Shown: piece after piece, positions 18,383-30,835 of the stretch
How positions within the stretch are numbered: the first letter of the stretch is position 1
Layout of the letters: the number at the start of each line of letters is the position of its first letter
Origin: Candidatus Eiseniibacteriota bacterium
GTDB lineage: Bacteria; Eisenbacteria; RBG-16-71-46; CAZEPH01
DNA: 64,000 bases
Assembly: GCA_044229145.1 (NCBI GenBank)
Contig: JBGATO010000004.1
Coordinates: 32,001-96,000, forward strand
Direction of reading: 5' to 3'
Notes under the pieces: model-generated
What the model was told of the DNA's origin: nothing
What the model saw: the letters and a program-made list of their open reading frames with translations, nothing else
The model's database searches: none
Program-made: the position numbers and the translations under genes

Positions 18383-19132
18383 TCAGCTCACGACGTGGGT
18401 ATCGGTGAGACGCACGCCGGCCAACTCGGCGAAGCGCTGCGCCGCGTGCTGGGTGCGCGCCTCGGCCAGGCGCTCGGGCAACTCGCGTGGGATGTAGAGC
18501 ACGGCGAGCAGCCGCGTGGTCTCCGGCCGCACCATGGTGCGCGTACCGTCGCTGAGCGGCGAGCCGAACGGGCCGAGTTCGTCGGCGAGCGTGAGTACAC
18601 CGTCGACGTCGAGCACGCGCCGCCCGATTGCCTCGAGCGTTTCGCCGGCGCGGCCGAATCGCGCCACCGCGTCGCCGACCAGACGGAACGCGTCATAGAT
18701 GCCGATCGGCAGGAGCAACTCGAGCGAGGCGAGGTTGTTGACGTCGACCAGCGTCGAAATGCGCGGCAGGCCGTCGCCCTTCAGCACGCGCCGCAGCAAG
18801 GCCTCGGACGACGCGCGGTCGCGTGTCGGATCGACACCGCACTCGTGCAACATGCGGCGCACCAGCGCGACGTCCGCCACCTCGTGCAGAGCCTGCACCC
18901 GGTCGTAGGCGTCGCGCGCGTCCTGCTCCGCGGCGGCCATCGCCTCGTCCAGCGTCTGCACCTCCGGCGCGGCGTCGGGCGCCACCACCTCGACGGCGAC
19001 CGCCTCGTGCGCCGCGGCGACCCACGCGCTCGCCTCCCCGCTGGGAGCGGCGGGTGCGGGCGGCGTGTACTCGCCGAGGACGACGCCCAGGCGCACGGCA
19101 GTGCGAAGCTGTGGATGAACGATGAGCTGCAT
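18383..19132 (-). CDS. B3/B4 (PheT-like tRNA-editing) domain protein
   Basis: GVDPTRDRASSEALLRR, LPRISTLVDVNNLASL, PIGIYD, DELGPFGSP. Confidence 0.85.
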   Translation of the reverse strand: MQLIVHPQLRTAVRLGVVLGEYTPPAPAAPSGEASAWVAAAHEAVAVEVVAPDAAPEVQTLDEAMAAAEQDARDAYDRVQALHEVADVALVRRMLHECGVDPTRDRASSEALLRRVLKGDGLPRISTLVDVNNLASLELLLPIGIYDAFRLVGDAVARFGRAGETLEAIGRRVLDVDGVLTLADELGPFGSPLSDGTRTMVRPETTRLLAVLYIPRELPERLAEARTQHAAQRFAELAGVRLTDTHVVS

Positions 19133-19488
19133 GCGGATGGCGGTCTCGCGAGACGCAGACGGACGGCTGAGCCGGCCGAGTCAGACGCGGCCGAGGCCGC
19201 AGAGTAGCCAGTGCGTCACGCTCCTGCAAGCCCAGCCGGAGAGCGCGCTCAAGATTCTCCGGGCCGCCGTCGATGACACCCGCGGGGAGTCACATATCCG
19301 ACTTGCGTCTCCCTCCGTAGTCGTCTAGCGTACCGTTGGCCGGTCGCACACTGCCCCAGATCTGGGCCGGCACACGAACCCCGTCCTCGACACCGTCCGT
19401 TCAGCGCTCTCCCCACAGTGTCTGCCGTCTCATCTCACGACTCGCGTGCGTCTCGGTGCCGAACGCGCGTTCCGTAGGAGTCTCGTTC

Positions 19489-22329
19489 GTGACAACAAGG
19501 CAGTTGCGCGTCGCGAGTCCACTGCCCCTCGCGACGCTTCTCGTCCTCGTTCTGGGGTGCATGCCCGCGCTGGCGCTGGCCGGCAGCTGGCTGCCGTCGA
19601 CCACGCTGAGCCCAACCGCCGCGGTGTCGATCGCCGGCGGCGGCAGCTTGGCGGTGGCCGCCAATGGCAATGCCTATGCGGTGTGGTCCGACAACACCAG
19701 CGGCACCTACCAGATCCGCTTCGCCTGCGACACCACCGGCGTGTGGTCGCCTGCCACCACCCTCACCACCGCGACGTGGGCCCACGCGATGCAGCCCAGC
19801 ATCGCCGCGGATGCCAAGGGCCACGTGCACGTCACGTGGTGCGACGACCGCTACGGCAACTACGACATCTTCTACCGCGAGTGGACGCCGGCCGGCTGGA
19901 ACCCCGAAGTCCGGCTCACCACCGGCGTCAAGCGCTCGATCGCTCCGTCGATCGCCGCCGACACCAGCGCGGTGACGCTGGTGTGGTGCGACGACCGCGA
20001 CGGCAACACCGAGATCTACAGCAAGCGTCGCGTCGGCAGTACGTGGGGCAGCGACACCCGCCTGACCAATGACCCCTACGAATCGCTCTCGCCCAGCCTG
20101 GCGGAGGGCAGCGACCGCGTCGTCCACTTGGTGTGGACCGATCGCCGCGCCGGCTACTTCGCCACCTACGCGAGCGACTACACGAACGGTGTCTGGGGGC
20201 CGGCCACGGTGATCTCGTCGCGCAGCGTGACCACGTTCGAGCCGCACGTCGCGATCTCCGCCGACAACACGCAGCACGTGGTGTGGAGCGACACCCGCAG
20301 CGGCATGCCGCAGCTCTACTACCGGTCGCGCACCGCCGGCGTGTGGTCGCTGACGACTGCCGTGCAACTGTCCGCCAACGCGGTCGACCACGCCTCGCTG
20401 GCCGGCGGCCCGTCGAACACGGCAGCGCTCGCGTGGACGGAGAACTTGACCGACGGCACCTCCGGCGCCTACGTCAGCACGCGGCAGGGCACTGCCTGGA
20501 CGTCGCCGGTGACCTTGGCGAGCGGTCTCAATGGCGCGGTGCAAACCCTTCCCGCCATCGGCCTCTCCTCGCTTGGCGACCAGATCGCCGTGTGGTCGAA
20601 CGGCAACAGCGACTACTTGCTCGACATCACCACGACTCGGCAACCGGCCGCCGCGCCCACCATCACGAGCGTGGCCCCGGACAGCGCGATGACCGGCGCC
20701 AACGTGCACCTGGTGCTCACCGGCACCAACTTCTTGGCGCCCGATTCGTTGTGGATCCTGACTTCGAGCGGCGTCGCGATCCCCGCCAACGCGACGACCT
20801 CGGCGAACTTCTCGGAAATCGAGGCCGACTTCGGCCTGCAGGGCGCGGCACTCGGAGCCGCCGGCGTGATCGTCCGCACCGCCGACGGCCGCCGCGACAC
20901 GCTCGCCGCGTCGTTCACGGTGCTGCCGGCGGGCGGCTGGAGCTTCGACACACCGCTCACCACGCCGGGCATCAACAGCGTGCTGAACGCCGGGACGCGT
21001 TCCTTGGCGATCACCGACACCGGCAACCTCGACGCGCTGTGGATCGACGAGCGCTCGCTCTTGCCGCAGGTGTACGCGACGGAATCGGCCGGCGACGTGT
21101 TCGGGCCGAGCGTGCAGGTGTCGACGACGACGACGTTCGCGCAGTTCGCGACCGTGTGCGCCGCGTCCGGCAACCGCATCGAGGCGGTGTGGCGCGATGG
21201 CGGGATCGGCAAGACCGACCTATGGTGGCGCGAGCGCGCCGGCGGTGTGTGGGGCGCCGAGACCAAGATCACCAATTACACTACGTCGGCCTCCAGTTAC
21301 CCGTCGCTGGCCAGCGATCTCAACGGCGACGTGCACTTGGTGTGGCGCCTCGATCTCGTCGGGAACCCCGAGATCTACTACAAGAAGCTGCACGCCGGCG
21401 TGTGGTCCGCCGACACGCGGCTCACCAACGCCACCGGCGTCTCGACGCAGCCGGTGATCGCCTGCGGCCCCGGCAACAAGCTCTACGTGGCGTGGGCCGA
21501 CACCCGCAACGGCAACTACGAGATCTATTTCAAGTCGTTCGACGGCACCGTATGGTCGAGCGACCAGCGCTTGACCGTCAACACCGCGACCACGTCACGC
21601 CCCTCGATCGCCGCTGGCACCGACGGCACCGTGCACCTGGTCTGGCAGGATCTCGTCGACGGCAACCTCGAGATCTATTACGCGAGCTACAAGAACGGCA
21701 CCTGGGCGGCCACCCAGCGGCTGACCAACGACGGCGCGACCTCGGAGACCCCGAGCGTCGCGGTGGATGGTCTGGCGCAGGTGCACGTGGTGTGGGAAGA
21801 CCAGCGTGACGGCACCTCGCAGATCTACTACACGCTGGGCGCCGGCGGCGTGTGGTCTCCCGCGTCCCGTGTCAGCGCCGGTTCGGTCGGCTCGTTGGCG
21901 CCGTGCATCGCGGTGACCGGCGGCGGCACCGTGCACACTCTGTGGTCGGACATGCGGGTGACCTCGGCGAACAGCGTCTACTACGCGCAAAAGCGGGTCA
22001 TCCCGGTGGGTATCGACGATCCCTTCGACGCGTTGCCGGCGGCGCGCCTGCCGTTCGCCGCCGAGGTGTGGCCGAATCCGGTCCGCGACGTGGCGCAGGT
22101 CCGGCTGCGCACCCCGGAGGCCGGCGAGGTCACGCTCCGCCTCTACGACGCGCAAGGACGTCAGCGCGGCCCCGCGCTGCGTCAGCCGTGCGCGGCCGGC
22201 GAAACCCTTCTGCGCTGGACTCCGGGCGATGCCGCCCTTCCTCGCGGCCGCTACTTCCTGCGCGCCGACGCCGCCTGGCTGCGCGGCGGTCACGCCCGCA
22301 CCACCACCGCGCTCCTGTACATCCGCTAG
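19489..22329 (+). CDS. Secreted protein: two 7-repeat propellers, central IPT/TIG domain, T9SS-like C-terminal domain
   Basis: GTG after AGGAG; signal peptide; HxVWxDxRxGNxEIYY repeats; PTITSVAP...LTGTNF; WPNPVR...LRLYDAQGR...GRYFL. Confidence 0.82.
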   Translation: MTTRQLRVASPLPLATLLVLVLGCMPALALAGSWLPSTTLSPTAAVSIAGGGSLAVAANGNAYAVWSDNTSGTYQIRFACDTTGVWSPATTLTTATWAHAMQPSIAADAKGHVHVTWCDDRYGNYDIFYREWTPAGWNPEVRLTTGVKRSIAPSIAADTSAVTLVWCDDRDGNTEIYSKRRVGSTWGSDTRLTNDPYESLSPSLAEGSDRVVHLVWTDRRAGYFATYASDYTNGVWGPATVISSRSVTTFEPHVAISADNTQHVVWSDTRSGMPQLYYRSRTAGVWSLTTAVQLSANAVDHASLAGGPSNTAALAWTENLTDGTSGAYVSTRQGTAWTSPVTLASGLNGAVQTLPAIGLSSLGDQIAVWSNGNSDYLLDITTTRQPAAAPTITSVAPDSAMTGANVHLVLTGTNFLAPDSLWILTSSGVAIPANATTSANFSEIEADFGLQGAALGAAGVIVRTADGRRDTLAASFTVLPAGGWSFDTPLTTPGINSVLNAGTRSLAITDTGNLDALWIDERSLLPQVYATESAGDVFGPSVQVSTTTTFAQFATVCAASGNRIEAVWRDGGIGKTDLWWRERAGGVWGAETKITNYTTSASSYPSLASDLNGDVHLVWRLDLVGNPEIYYKKLHAGVWSADTRLTNATGVSTQPVIACGPGNKLYVAWADTRNGNYEIYFKSFDGTVWSSDQRLTVNTATTSRPSIAAGTDGTVHLVWQDLVDGNLEIYYASYKNGTWAATQRLTNDGATSETPSVAVDGLAQVHVVWEDQRDGTSQIYYTLGAGGVWSPASRVSAGSVGSLAPCIAVTGGGTVHTLWSDMRVTSANSVYYAQKRVIPVGIDDPFDALPAARLPFAAEVWPNPVRDVAQVRLRTPEAGEVTLRLYDAQGRQRGPALRQPCAAGETLLRWTPGDAALPRGRYFLRADAAWLRGGHARTTTALLYIR

Positions 22330-22420
22330 CTCAGCCACACCCGCGCGAGATGGCCCCACCGCCGTCTCGCGCGCCGCTTTTCCCCACCGGCGCCCGGGAC
22401 CATCGCCTAGACTTCGAGAC

Positions 22421-23332
22421 ATGCAGCCTTCGCCCACCGCACCGTCGACGATGCGCTTCACCGTGCTCGACCTCGAGTTCACCGGCCTGTCGCCGCTCGA
22501 GGGCGACCGCGTCATCGAGATCGCCGGCCTGCGTGTCGAGGCCGGCACAGTGGTCGAGGAATTCCACAGCCTGGTCGACCCCGGACGCGCGGTGCCGGCG
22601 GAGACCTTGGAGTTGACCCAAATCGCCGCGGCGGAGGTGGCCGCGGCGCCGGCCTTCCCGCTCATCGCCCCCGCCCTGCTCGCGTTCCTCGGCGACGCGC
22701 CGATCGTCACCCACAATCTCGCCTACGACATCGCCGCCTTGCAGTGGGAGATGGCGGCGGCCGGGTTGTCGCTCTTGCGTCACGACGGCATCGACACGCT
22801 CGAACTCGCCCGCCGCGTATTCCCCGGCGAACGTAACAACCTGCGGAGTTTGCGCGAGCGGCTCGGCATCGACGCCACGCCGACGCACCGCGCGATGGAC
22901 GACGCCCGCGTCACCGCCCACGCATTCGTTCGATTGGTGGCGATGCTCGAGGAGCGCGGCGAGGTCCGGCGCTACCGCGATCTGCGGCCGACCGCATGCG
23001 CCGGGCTCTCTTTGGTGCCGCCGCAGGCCGACACCGCCGAGCGTGCCGTCGTCCACACCGCGCTGGTCGATGCGGTCACCCGCCGCCGCGTGCTGACGAT
23101 TCGCTACGCCGCGCCCGGCAAGCCGCCGGTCGAACGCGTCGTCGAGCCGTTCTGTCTCATCGGGCCGTATCTGCGCGCGTACTGCCGGCACAAGGCGCAG
23201 GAGTTGAACTTCGTGGTGTCGCGCATCCGTGCCGCGGCGGAGACCGGCGAGGCGGTGACGCGGCTCCCCGAGCCGCCGCGCGGTCCTGCGGTATTTTCGC
23301 CCGCCTTCAAGCACGTGCGCCAGCCGGCGTAG
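22421..23332 (+). CDS. DEDDh (DnaQ-like) 3'-5' exonuclease fused to a WYL domain
   Basis: VLDLEFTG, HNLAYD, HRAMDD; C-terminal LTIRY...RVVEPF...YLRAYC...FVVSRI. Confidence 0.85.
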   Translation: MQPSPTAPSTMRFTVLDLEFTGLSPLEGDRVIEIAGLRVEAGTVVEEFHSLVDPGRAVPAETLELTQIAAAEVAAAPAFPLIAPALLAFLGDAPIVTHNLAYDIAALQWEMAAAGLSLLRHDGIDTLELARRVFPGERNNLRSLRERLGIDATPTHRAMDDARVTAHAFVRLVAMLEERGEVRRYRDLRPTACAGLSLVPPQADTAERAVVHTALVDAVTRRRVLTIRYAAPGKPPVERVVEPFCLIGPYLRAYCRHKAQELNFVVSRIRAAAETGEAVTRLPEPPRGPAVFSPAFKHVRQPA

Positions 23333-23335
23333 CGT

Positions 23336-24342
23336 TCAGCGGCGGTCGCGCCGTCCCGCCATGTCCACCGCCACCGCGGCGATCAGGATCGCGCCCTTCA
23401 AGATCGGCTGCCAAAACGCTTCGGTGTTCATCAGGCTCATGCCGTTGTCGAGCGACGCCATGACCAGCGCGCCGAGCAACGCGCCCCACACCGTCCCCTG
23501 CCCGCCCATGAGCGACGTGCCGCCGATCACCGCCGCGGCGATCGCGTCGAGTTCCATCATGCGGCCCGCGTCGCTGGTCGCCGCGCCGACGCGCGCGGTG
23601 AGCACGACGCCCGCCACACCGCACAACGCGCCCATCAGCGTGAAGACGCCGACGAGCCGCCGCTCGATCGGGACTCCGGAGTAGAACGCCGCGTCGCGGC
23701 TGCCGCCGATCGCGTAGAGGTGGCGCCCGAACGGTGTGCGCGTCGCCACCGTGTGGAGCAGCGCCGCGAGCACCAGCACCAGCAGCACCGGGAGCGGCAC
23801 GCCCTGATAGGCGTTCATCACCGCCGCGCCGCCGAGCGCCAGCAGCGCCGCGGCGATCCACGTCACGCGGCCCGCCGTCTCGCGCCACGCGCGCCAGGCA
23901 CAGGGCGGCGTGATCGACACGCCGCCGGTGAGTCCGAGGATGCTGCCCTGGTACAGCAGCATGCCGCCGAGCGTGACGATGAACGGCGGGATGCGCAGCC
24001 GCGCCACCAGCGTGCCGTGCAGCGCACCGCACGCCGCGCCCGCCGCGATCACGAGAGCGCAGCCGAGCGGGACCGGCCAGTCGCCGCGCACGATCGCCAG
24101 CGCCGACACCGCGCCCAGCACGCCGCTCAGCGCCCCGACGCTGAGATCGATCTGCCCGGCGACGATGACCAGCACCATGCCGGTGGCGAGGATCGACGTC
24201 ACCGCCATCTGCCGTGCCAGCAGCGAGAGGTTGCGCGGGCTGAGGAAGGTGCCCTGCGTGGTGAGACTGAACACCGCCCAGATCGCCAGCAGCGCGCCGA
24301 CCATGGTGAGGGAGCGCCAGGGCAGCGCGGCGCGCGTGCGGG

Positions 24343-24346
<4 letters not shown>
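23336..24346 (-). CDS. xylH: Sugar ABC transporter permease (XylH-like)
   Basis: GQIDLSVG, IPPFIVTLGG, ELDAIAAAVIGGTSLMGG. Confidence 0.85.
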
Positions 24347-25920
<1,574 letters not shown>

Positions 25921-25988
25921 CTGATCGCACCCGATTCCCTCTGAAAACGCCTGCCGTCACCTAACGCTGTTAGGAAAGAGTGCGTCGT

Positions 25989-27032
25989 TTACTTGGCCGG
26001 CGTGGATGCGTCCTTGTAGACCTCGGCCTGCGGATGGAAGCCGTCCTTCACCACGGTCGCCATCATGTTGTCCTTGTCCACCGCGATGGGTGCGATGAGG
26101 ATGCACGGCACGTTCTTGGCACCGTTGGCGATCGAGCCTGTGGTGTCCGCGATGGCCTGACCCATCGCCATGGCAAATGCCGTCTCCGCGCCCTTGCGCG
26201 CCAACGACGGAATCGGCTTGTACACCGTCATCGACTGCAACCCCGCGACGATGCGCTGGCACGCGCTCAACTCCGCGTCCTGTCCCGTCACCACCACGTG
26301 GCCGGCGAGCTTCTGCTCCGCCAGCGCCTGAATCGCGCCGCCCGCGAGGCCGTCGTTGCTCACGACCACCGCGTCCACCTTGTTGCCGGTGCGCGTGAGC
26401 GTGTTCTCCATGATCTTGAGCGCTTCGCTCGGCAGCCAGTCGTTCGCCCACTGATCCTCGACGATCTTCACATCGCCGCGATCGATCGCCGGCTGCAACA
26501 CTTTCATCTGGCCGTCGTGATAGAGGTGTGCATTGTTGTCGGTGGGTGCGCCGGCGATGAGCACATAGTTGCCCTTGGGAGCGTGCGCCAACGCGTACTC
26601 CGCCTGCATCTGCCCGACCCGCACATTGTCGAACGAGATGTAGAGATCGAGATCGCAGTCGTTGATGAGGCGGTCGTACGCAATCACCTTCACGCCGGCC
26701 TTGTGCGCCGAGTTGACGATGGTCGCCGCGCTCTTCGAGTTGTGCGGCGCCACGACGAGGACATCGACACCCTGCGTCAGCAAGTTCTCGCACTGCGAAT
26801 TCTGCAACGCGTCGTTGTTGTTCGCCGCCTGCACGAGCACCTTGGCGCCGAGCTCCTCCGCGTGCTTGACGAACTCGTCGCGATCGCGCTGCCAGCGCTC
26901 CTCGCGCAGCGTGTCGAGCGACAACCCGATGGTGATCTGCTTCGACTTCTTGGCGCAGCCGGCGGGCACGACGGTGAGCACGACGAGCGCGCCGAGGGCG
27001 CTCCACACCTTCCAACGAGCAGTGGCGAACAC
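25989..27032 (-). CDS. xylF: Sugar ABC transporter substrate-binding lipoprotein (XylF-like)
   Basis: Lipobox-like PAGC; LREERWQRDRD, AYDRLI, SFDNVRVG, GAPTDNNA, TGQDA, MTVYKPI. Confidence 0.88.
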   Translation of the reverse strand: MFATARWKVWSALGALVVLTVVPAGCAKKSKQITIGLSLDTLREERWQRDRDEFVKHAEELGAKVLVQAANNNDALQNSQCENLLTQGVDVLVVAPHNSKSAATIVNSAHKAGVKVIAYDRLINDCDLDLYISFDNVRVGQMQAEYALAHAPKGNYVLIAGAPTDNNAHLYHDGQMKVLQPAIDRGDVKIVEDQWANDWLPSEALKIMENTLTRTGNKVDAVVVSNDGLAGGAIQALAEQKLAGHVVVTGQDAELSACQRIVAGLQSMTVYKPIPSLARKGAETAFAMAMGQAIADTTGSIANGAKNVPCILIAPIAVDKDNMMATVVKDGFHPQAEVYKDASTPAK

Positions 27033-27179
27033 GGGAGTCTCCTTCGCGGGTCGGGCGCCGGATCAACGGCGCGGGCGGCCGCAGCCTAGCCACGCGGCAG
27101 CCGACGCGTCAATGCCGCGGATTGCCCGCGGCAAATGGTTTGGCTATGGTGAAGGCTCGTCCGCCCTGGGAGACTTCCG

Positions 27180-30100
27180 ATGCGATTCGCCGCCCTCCTT
27201 CTCGCCGCCGCGCTCTGCTCGCCGCTGTCCGCGCGAGCCCAGGGCGATCCAATTCCGAGCAACCGCATTCCGGTGACGGGCAGCGCTCACAACTTTGCCA
27301 CCGGCAACCGAGTGTGGACCGCGCTTGGAGACCTCTTCGTCGACCCATTCATCGGCAGCGATGGACACGGCCACACATTCCCCGGGGCCTCGGTGCCGTT
27401 CGGCATGGTGCAACTCTCGCCCGACACGCGATTGGATGGATGGGACGGCTGCAGCGGCTACCACGGCTCCGACGATCGCATTTTCGGTTTCTCGCACACG
27501 CATCTGAGCGGGACCGGCTGCAGCGACTACGGCGATATCCTGTTCTTTCCTTCGCGCGGCACCGTTCAGTGGCGGAGTAGCTACGGTCGCACGCTCGGCG
27601 ATGGGTACGGTTCTCCCGTCAAACCATCGAGAACCCGGCACGCGCGTGCCGGAGCCTACTCGGTGCTTCTCGCGGATACCGGCATCTTGGTCGAACTCAC
27701 CGCGACAGCCCGCACCGGCTGGCAGCGGTACACCTTTCCGCAACCGGACAGCGCATTCGTCTTGCTGGATCTCACGCAGCGCGATCAAGTGCTCGACTCG
27801 CATCTCCGCGTAGTGAACGATACGGAGATCGAAGGCTATCGCGTCTCGCGTGCCTGGGCGACGAACCAGCGGGTATACTTCGTCGCCCGCTTTTCGCGGC
27901 CAGTCGACGTGGTGTTCGCAGTCGGTGACGCAATGCGCGATGGAATGCGCGAAGCTGGCGGTACTTCGGTCAAGGCCGCCATCCGACCGCGCGGCATGCG
28001 GCGCGTCAGCCTCTACGATCCGCCTCTCACGCGCGACGACTCAGACCAGTTGCTGATCAAGGTCGGGATCAGTGCGGTGGACATCGACGGCGCGCGGCGT
28101 AATCTCGACGCCGAAGCCCCTGATTGGGACATCGTGCGCGTTGCAGGCGCCGCCGCTGCTGCCTGGGACAGCACTCTGCGCTGCGTCGATGCCGAAGGCG
28201 GCACCGATGCCCAGCGCACCACCTTCTACACCGCCCTCTACCACACCTTCTTGCAGCCGAACCTCTACACCGACGTCGACGGACGCTACCGCGGACGCGA
28301 CGACTCCGTGCACGTCGCGAACGGCTGGACGCAGTACACCGTCTTCAGCCTCTGGGACACCTTCCGCGCCGCGCATCCGCTCTACGCGCTGCTGCAACCC
28401 GCACGCGACATCGACTTCATCAACACATTCCTCGCGCAGTATGACGAAGGCGGCGCTCTGCCGGTGTGGGAGTTGAGCGCGAACGAAACCAACTGCATGA
28501 TCGGCTATCACGCAGTCCCGGTGATCGCCGACGCGTGGGCGAAAGGTCTACGCGGTTTCGACGGCGAACGCGCGTTGGAGGCGATGATCGCGTCTGCGTC
28601 GGCACACACACGCGGACTCGACGACTATCGCGCGCTCGGCTTCATCCCCGCCGACCGCGAGGCCGAATCAGTGTCGAAAACACTCGAGTACGCCTACGAC
28701 GACTGGTGCATCGCGCGCATGGCCGCGTCACTTGGCCACGCCGACATCGCCGCCAACTACGACCTGCGGGCGCAATCGTGGAAAAACGGCTTCGATCCGC
28801 AGACCGGATTCATGCGCCCCAAACTCGGCGCCCGCTGGAAGACGCCGTTCTCGCCCACCGACGTCGACTTCCATTTCACCGAAGCAAACAGCTGGCAATA
28901 CAGCTTCTTCGTGCCGCAGGACATCGCCGGGCACATCGCGGCACTCGGCGGCAGCGCCGCCTACGCGGCGAAACTCGATTCGCTGTTCGGCTCATCGCCG
29001 ACTACGACGGGACGCAAGCAGGACGACATCTCGGGCCTCATCGGCCAGTACGCGCACGGCAACGAACCGTCGCATCACATGGCGTATCTCTACGACTACT
29101 GCGGACAGCCGTGGAAGACGCAGCGCCTCGTTGCGCAGATCCGCGACTCGCTGTACCGCGCGACGCCCGACGGCCTCATCGGCAACGAAGACTGCGGGCA
29201 GATGAGCGCGTGGTATGTCTTCAGCGCGTTCGGCTTCTATCCCGTCACGCCGGGACAGGACACGTACGCGATGGGCTCGCCGCTCTTCCCGCGCGCCGTG
29301 CTGCGCGTCGGCAATGGCCGCACTTTCACCATCACGCGAACTGGCGACGGCCCATACATTCAATCGGCGCGCCTCAATGGCAAACCGTTCGACCGCTGCT
29401 GGATTCGCCACGGCGAGATCACCGCGGGCGGCACGCTCGCGTTCGCGATGGGACACACGCCGAACACGCATTGGGGTGTGGGCCGCGACGCCGCGCCACC
29501 ATCCACGATCACCGCGCCGTCGATCGTGCCGGCGCCGTTCGTCGCCGCGGGCGACACACCATTCCGCGACAGCACGCGCGTCGTTCTCGGCGATCTCGAT
29601 CCACGCGCCACAATCTACTGGACGACCGACGGCGAACCAACGACCGCGAGCGCGCGCTACACGACGCCAATCACCGTGCGTGACGCGACGACGCTACGCT
29701 TCCGCGCCTACGCTCCCGACGGCACGCACTCCGAGACGCAGTCCGCGGCCTTCCTCGTCCTCGACCCGTCACGCCGCATCGCATTGCAGTCGCATTACAG
29801 TCCACAATATCCGGCGAGCGGACCCGAAGGTCTCATCGACGGCGTGCGCGGCGGCAATGACTTCCGGCTCGGCGCCTGGCAAGGCTACGACGGCACGCAT
29901 CTCGACGCCGTCGTCGACCTCGGCTCCTCGCGCACCATCGCGAGCGTCGCCTGCGGCTTCTTGCAGGACCAGAACTCGTGGATCTTCATGCCGCGCGCAC
30001 TGCGCGTCGACACGTCGCTCGACAGCGTGCAGTGGGAGCCCGGCGGCGCCTCCGTCAACTCAGTCGACGAACACGTGGATGGCGCAATCTTGCAAGACCT

Positions 30101-30233
30101 TGCGGTGCGGTTCGCCGCGCGCCCCACGCGCTACATCCGATTGCACGCCGAATCACCGCTCGACTGTCCTGCGTGGCACAAAGGCCACGGCAACACCTGC
30201 TGGATCTTCGCCGATGAAATCGTCGTGCGGTAG
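27180..30233 (+). CDS. GH92 alpha-mannosidase with C-terminal accessory domains
   Basis: GHTFPGASVPFGMVQLSPDT, SLWDTFRA, ESVSKTLEYAYDD, GQYAHGNEPSHH, GNEDCGQMSAWY. Confidence 0.93.
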   Translation: MRFAALLLAAALCSPLSARAQGDPIPSNRIPVTGSAHNFATGNRVWTALGDLFVDPFIGSDGHGHTFPGASVPFGMVQLSPDTRLDGWDGCSGYHGSDDRIFGFSHTHLSGTGCSDYGDILFFPSRGTVQWRSSYGRTLGDGYGSPVKPSRTRHARAGAYSVLLADTGILVELTATARTGWQRYTFPQPDSAFVLLDLTQRDQVLDSHLRVVNDTEIEGYRVSRAWATNQRVYFVARFSRPVDVVFAVGDAMRDGMREAGGTSVKAAIRPRGMRRVSLYDPPLTRDDSDQLLIKVGISAVDIDGARRNLDAEAPDWDIVRVAGAAAAAWDSTLRCVDAEGGTDAQRTTFYTALYHTFLQPNLYTDVDGRYRGRDDSVHVANGWTQYTVFSLWDTFRAAHPLYALLQPARDIDFINTFLAQYDEGGALPVWELSANETNCMIGYHAVPVIADAWAKGLRGFDGERALEAMIASASAHTRGLDDYRALGFIPADREAESVSKTLEYAYDDWCIARMAASLGHADIAANYDLRAQSWKNGFDPQTGFMRPKLGARWKTPFSPTDVDFHFTEANSWQYSFFVPQDIAGHIAALGGSAAYAAKLDSLFGSSPTTTGRKQDDISGLIGQYAHGNEPSHHMAYLYDYCGQPWKTQRLVAQIRDSLYRATPDGLIGNEDCGQMSAWYVFSAFGFYPVTPGQDTYAMGSPLFPRAVLRVGNGRTFTITRTGDGPYIQSARLNGKPFDRCWIRHGEITAGGTLAFAMGHTPNTHWGVGRDAAPPSTITAPSIVPAPFVAAGDTPFRDSTRVVLGDLDPRATIYWTTDGEPTTASARYTTPITVRDATTLRFRAYAPDGTHSETQSAAFLVLDPSRRIALQSHYSPQYPASGPEGLIDGVRGGNDFRLGAWQGYDGTHLDAVVDLGSSRTIASVACGFLQDQNSWIFMPRALRVDTSLDSVQWEPGGASVNSVDEHVDGAILQDLAVRFAARPTRYIRLHAESPLDCPAWHKGHGNTCWIFADEIVVR

Positions 30234-30238
30234 CGCGG

Positions 30239-30835
30239 CTACGTCGCGTTGCGCGCCGTCCGCGGGCCGATGTACTGCGAGTGCGTGCTCGGCCGATCGC
30301 ACACCAACAGCACTTCCTGGGTCGGCGCGCCGGTGTGGTAATCCTCGCCATCGGCGCTGTCTGCATAACTGAACCCAAGCCGCTCCGCTACGACCGCCGC
30401 CGCGAGATTGCGATTGTCGACGGTGGCTTCCAGTCTTTCGACGGCGAACTCGAGCCACAACGTCGGCAATACCGCGCGGCACGCCTCGGTGGCAAACCCG
30501 CGGCCCCACAACTCGCGCGCGATCAGCACCGACAGTTCGCAGCTCATGTCTTCGTAGATCGTCGCCTGCACGTAGCCGATCGCCGCATCCGATTCGCGAT
30601 CGCGCACGATCCAATTGAGCCACACTTCATCGCCGGCGTCCGGATAGCCGCGCGACAAACGCTCGTAGCGTTCGGTCAACGTCTCCACCGAACGCGGCGG
30701 ATCGAGCGCGAGGAACTCGTACAACGCCTCGTCCGCCAAGACCGGCGCCATTTCTTCCGCGTGGCGCGGCGTCAACGGCTCGAGCGACAGCCGCGCCGAC
30801 GTCAGCGGCGCGCGGTGCGTGGCATCGAACATCAT
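30239..30835 (-). CDS. GNAT (RimJ/RimL-like) acetyltransferase
   Basis: AIGYVQATI, LWGRGFATEA, NLAAAVVAERLGF; start overlaps the arginase stop. Confidence 0.85.
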   Translation of the reverse strand: MMFDATHRAPLTSARLSLEPLTPRHAEEMAPVLADEALYEFLALDPPRSVETLTERYERLSRGYPDAGDEVWLNWIVRDRESDAAIGYVQATIYEDMSCELSVLIARELWGRGFATEACRAVLPTLWLEFAVERLEATVDNRNLAAAVVAERLGFSYADSADGEDYHTGAPTQEVLLVCDRPSTHSQYIGPRTARNAT

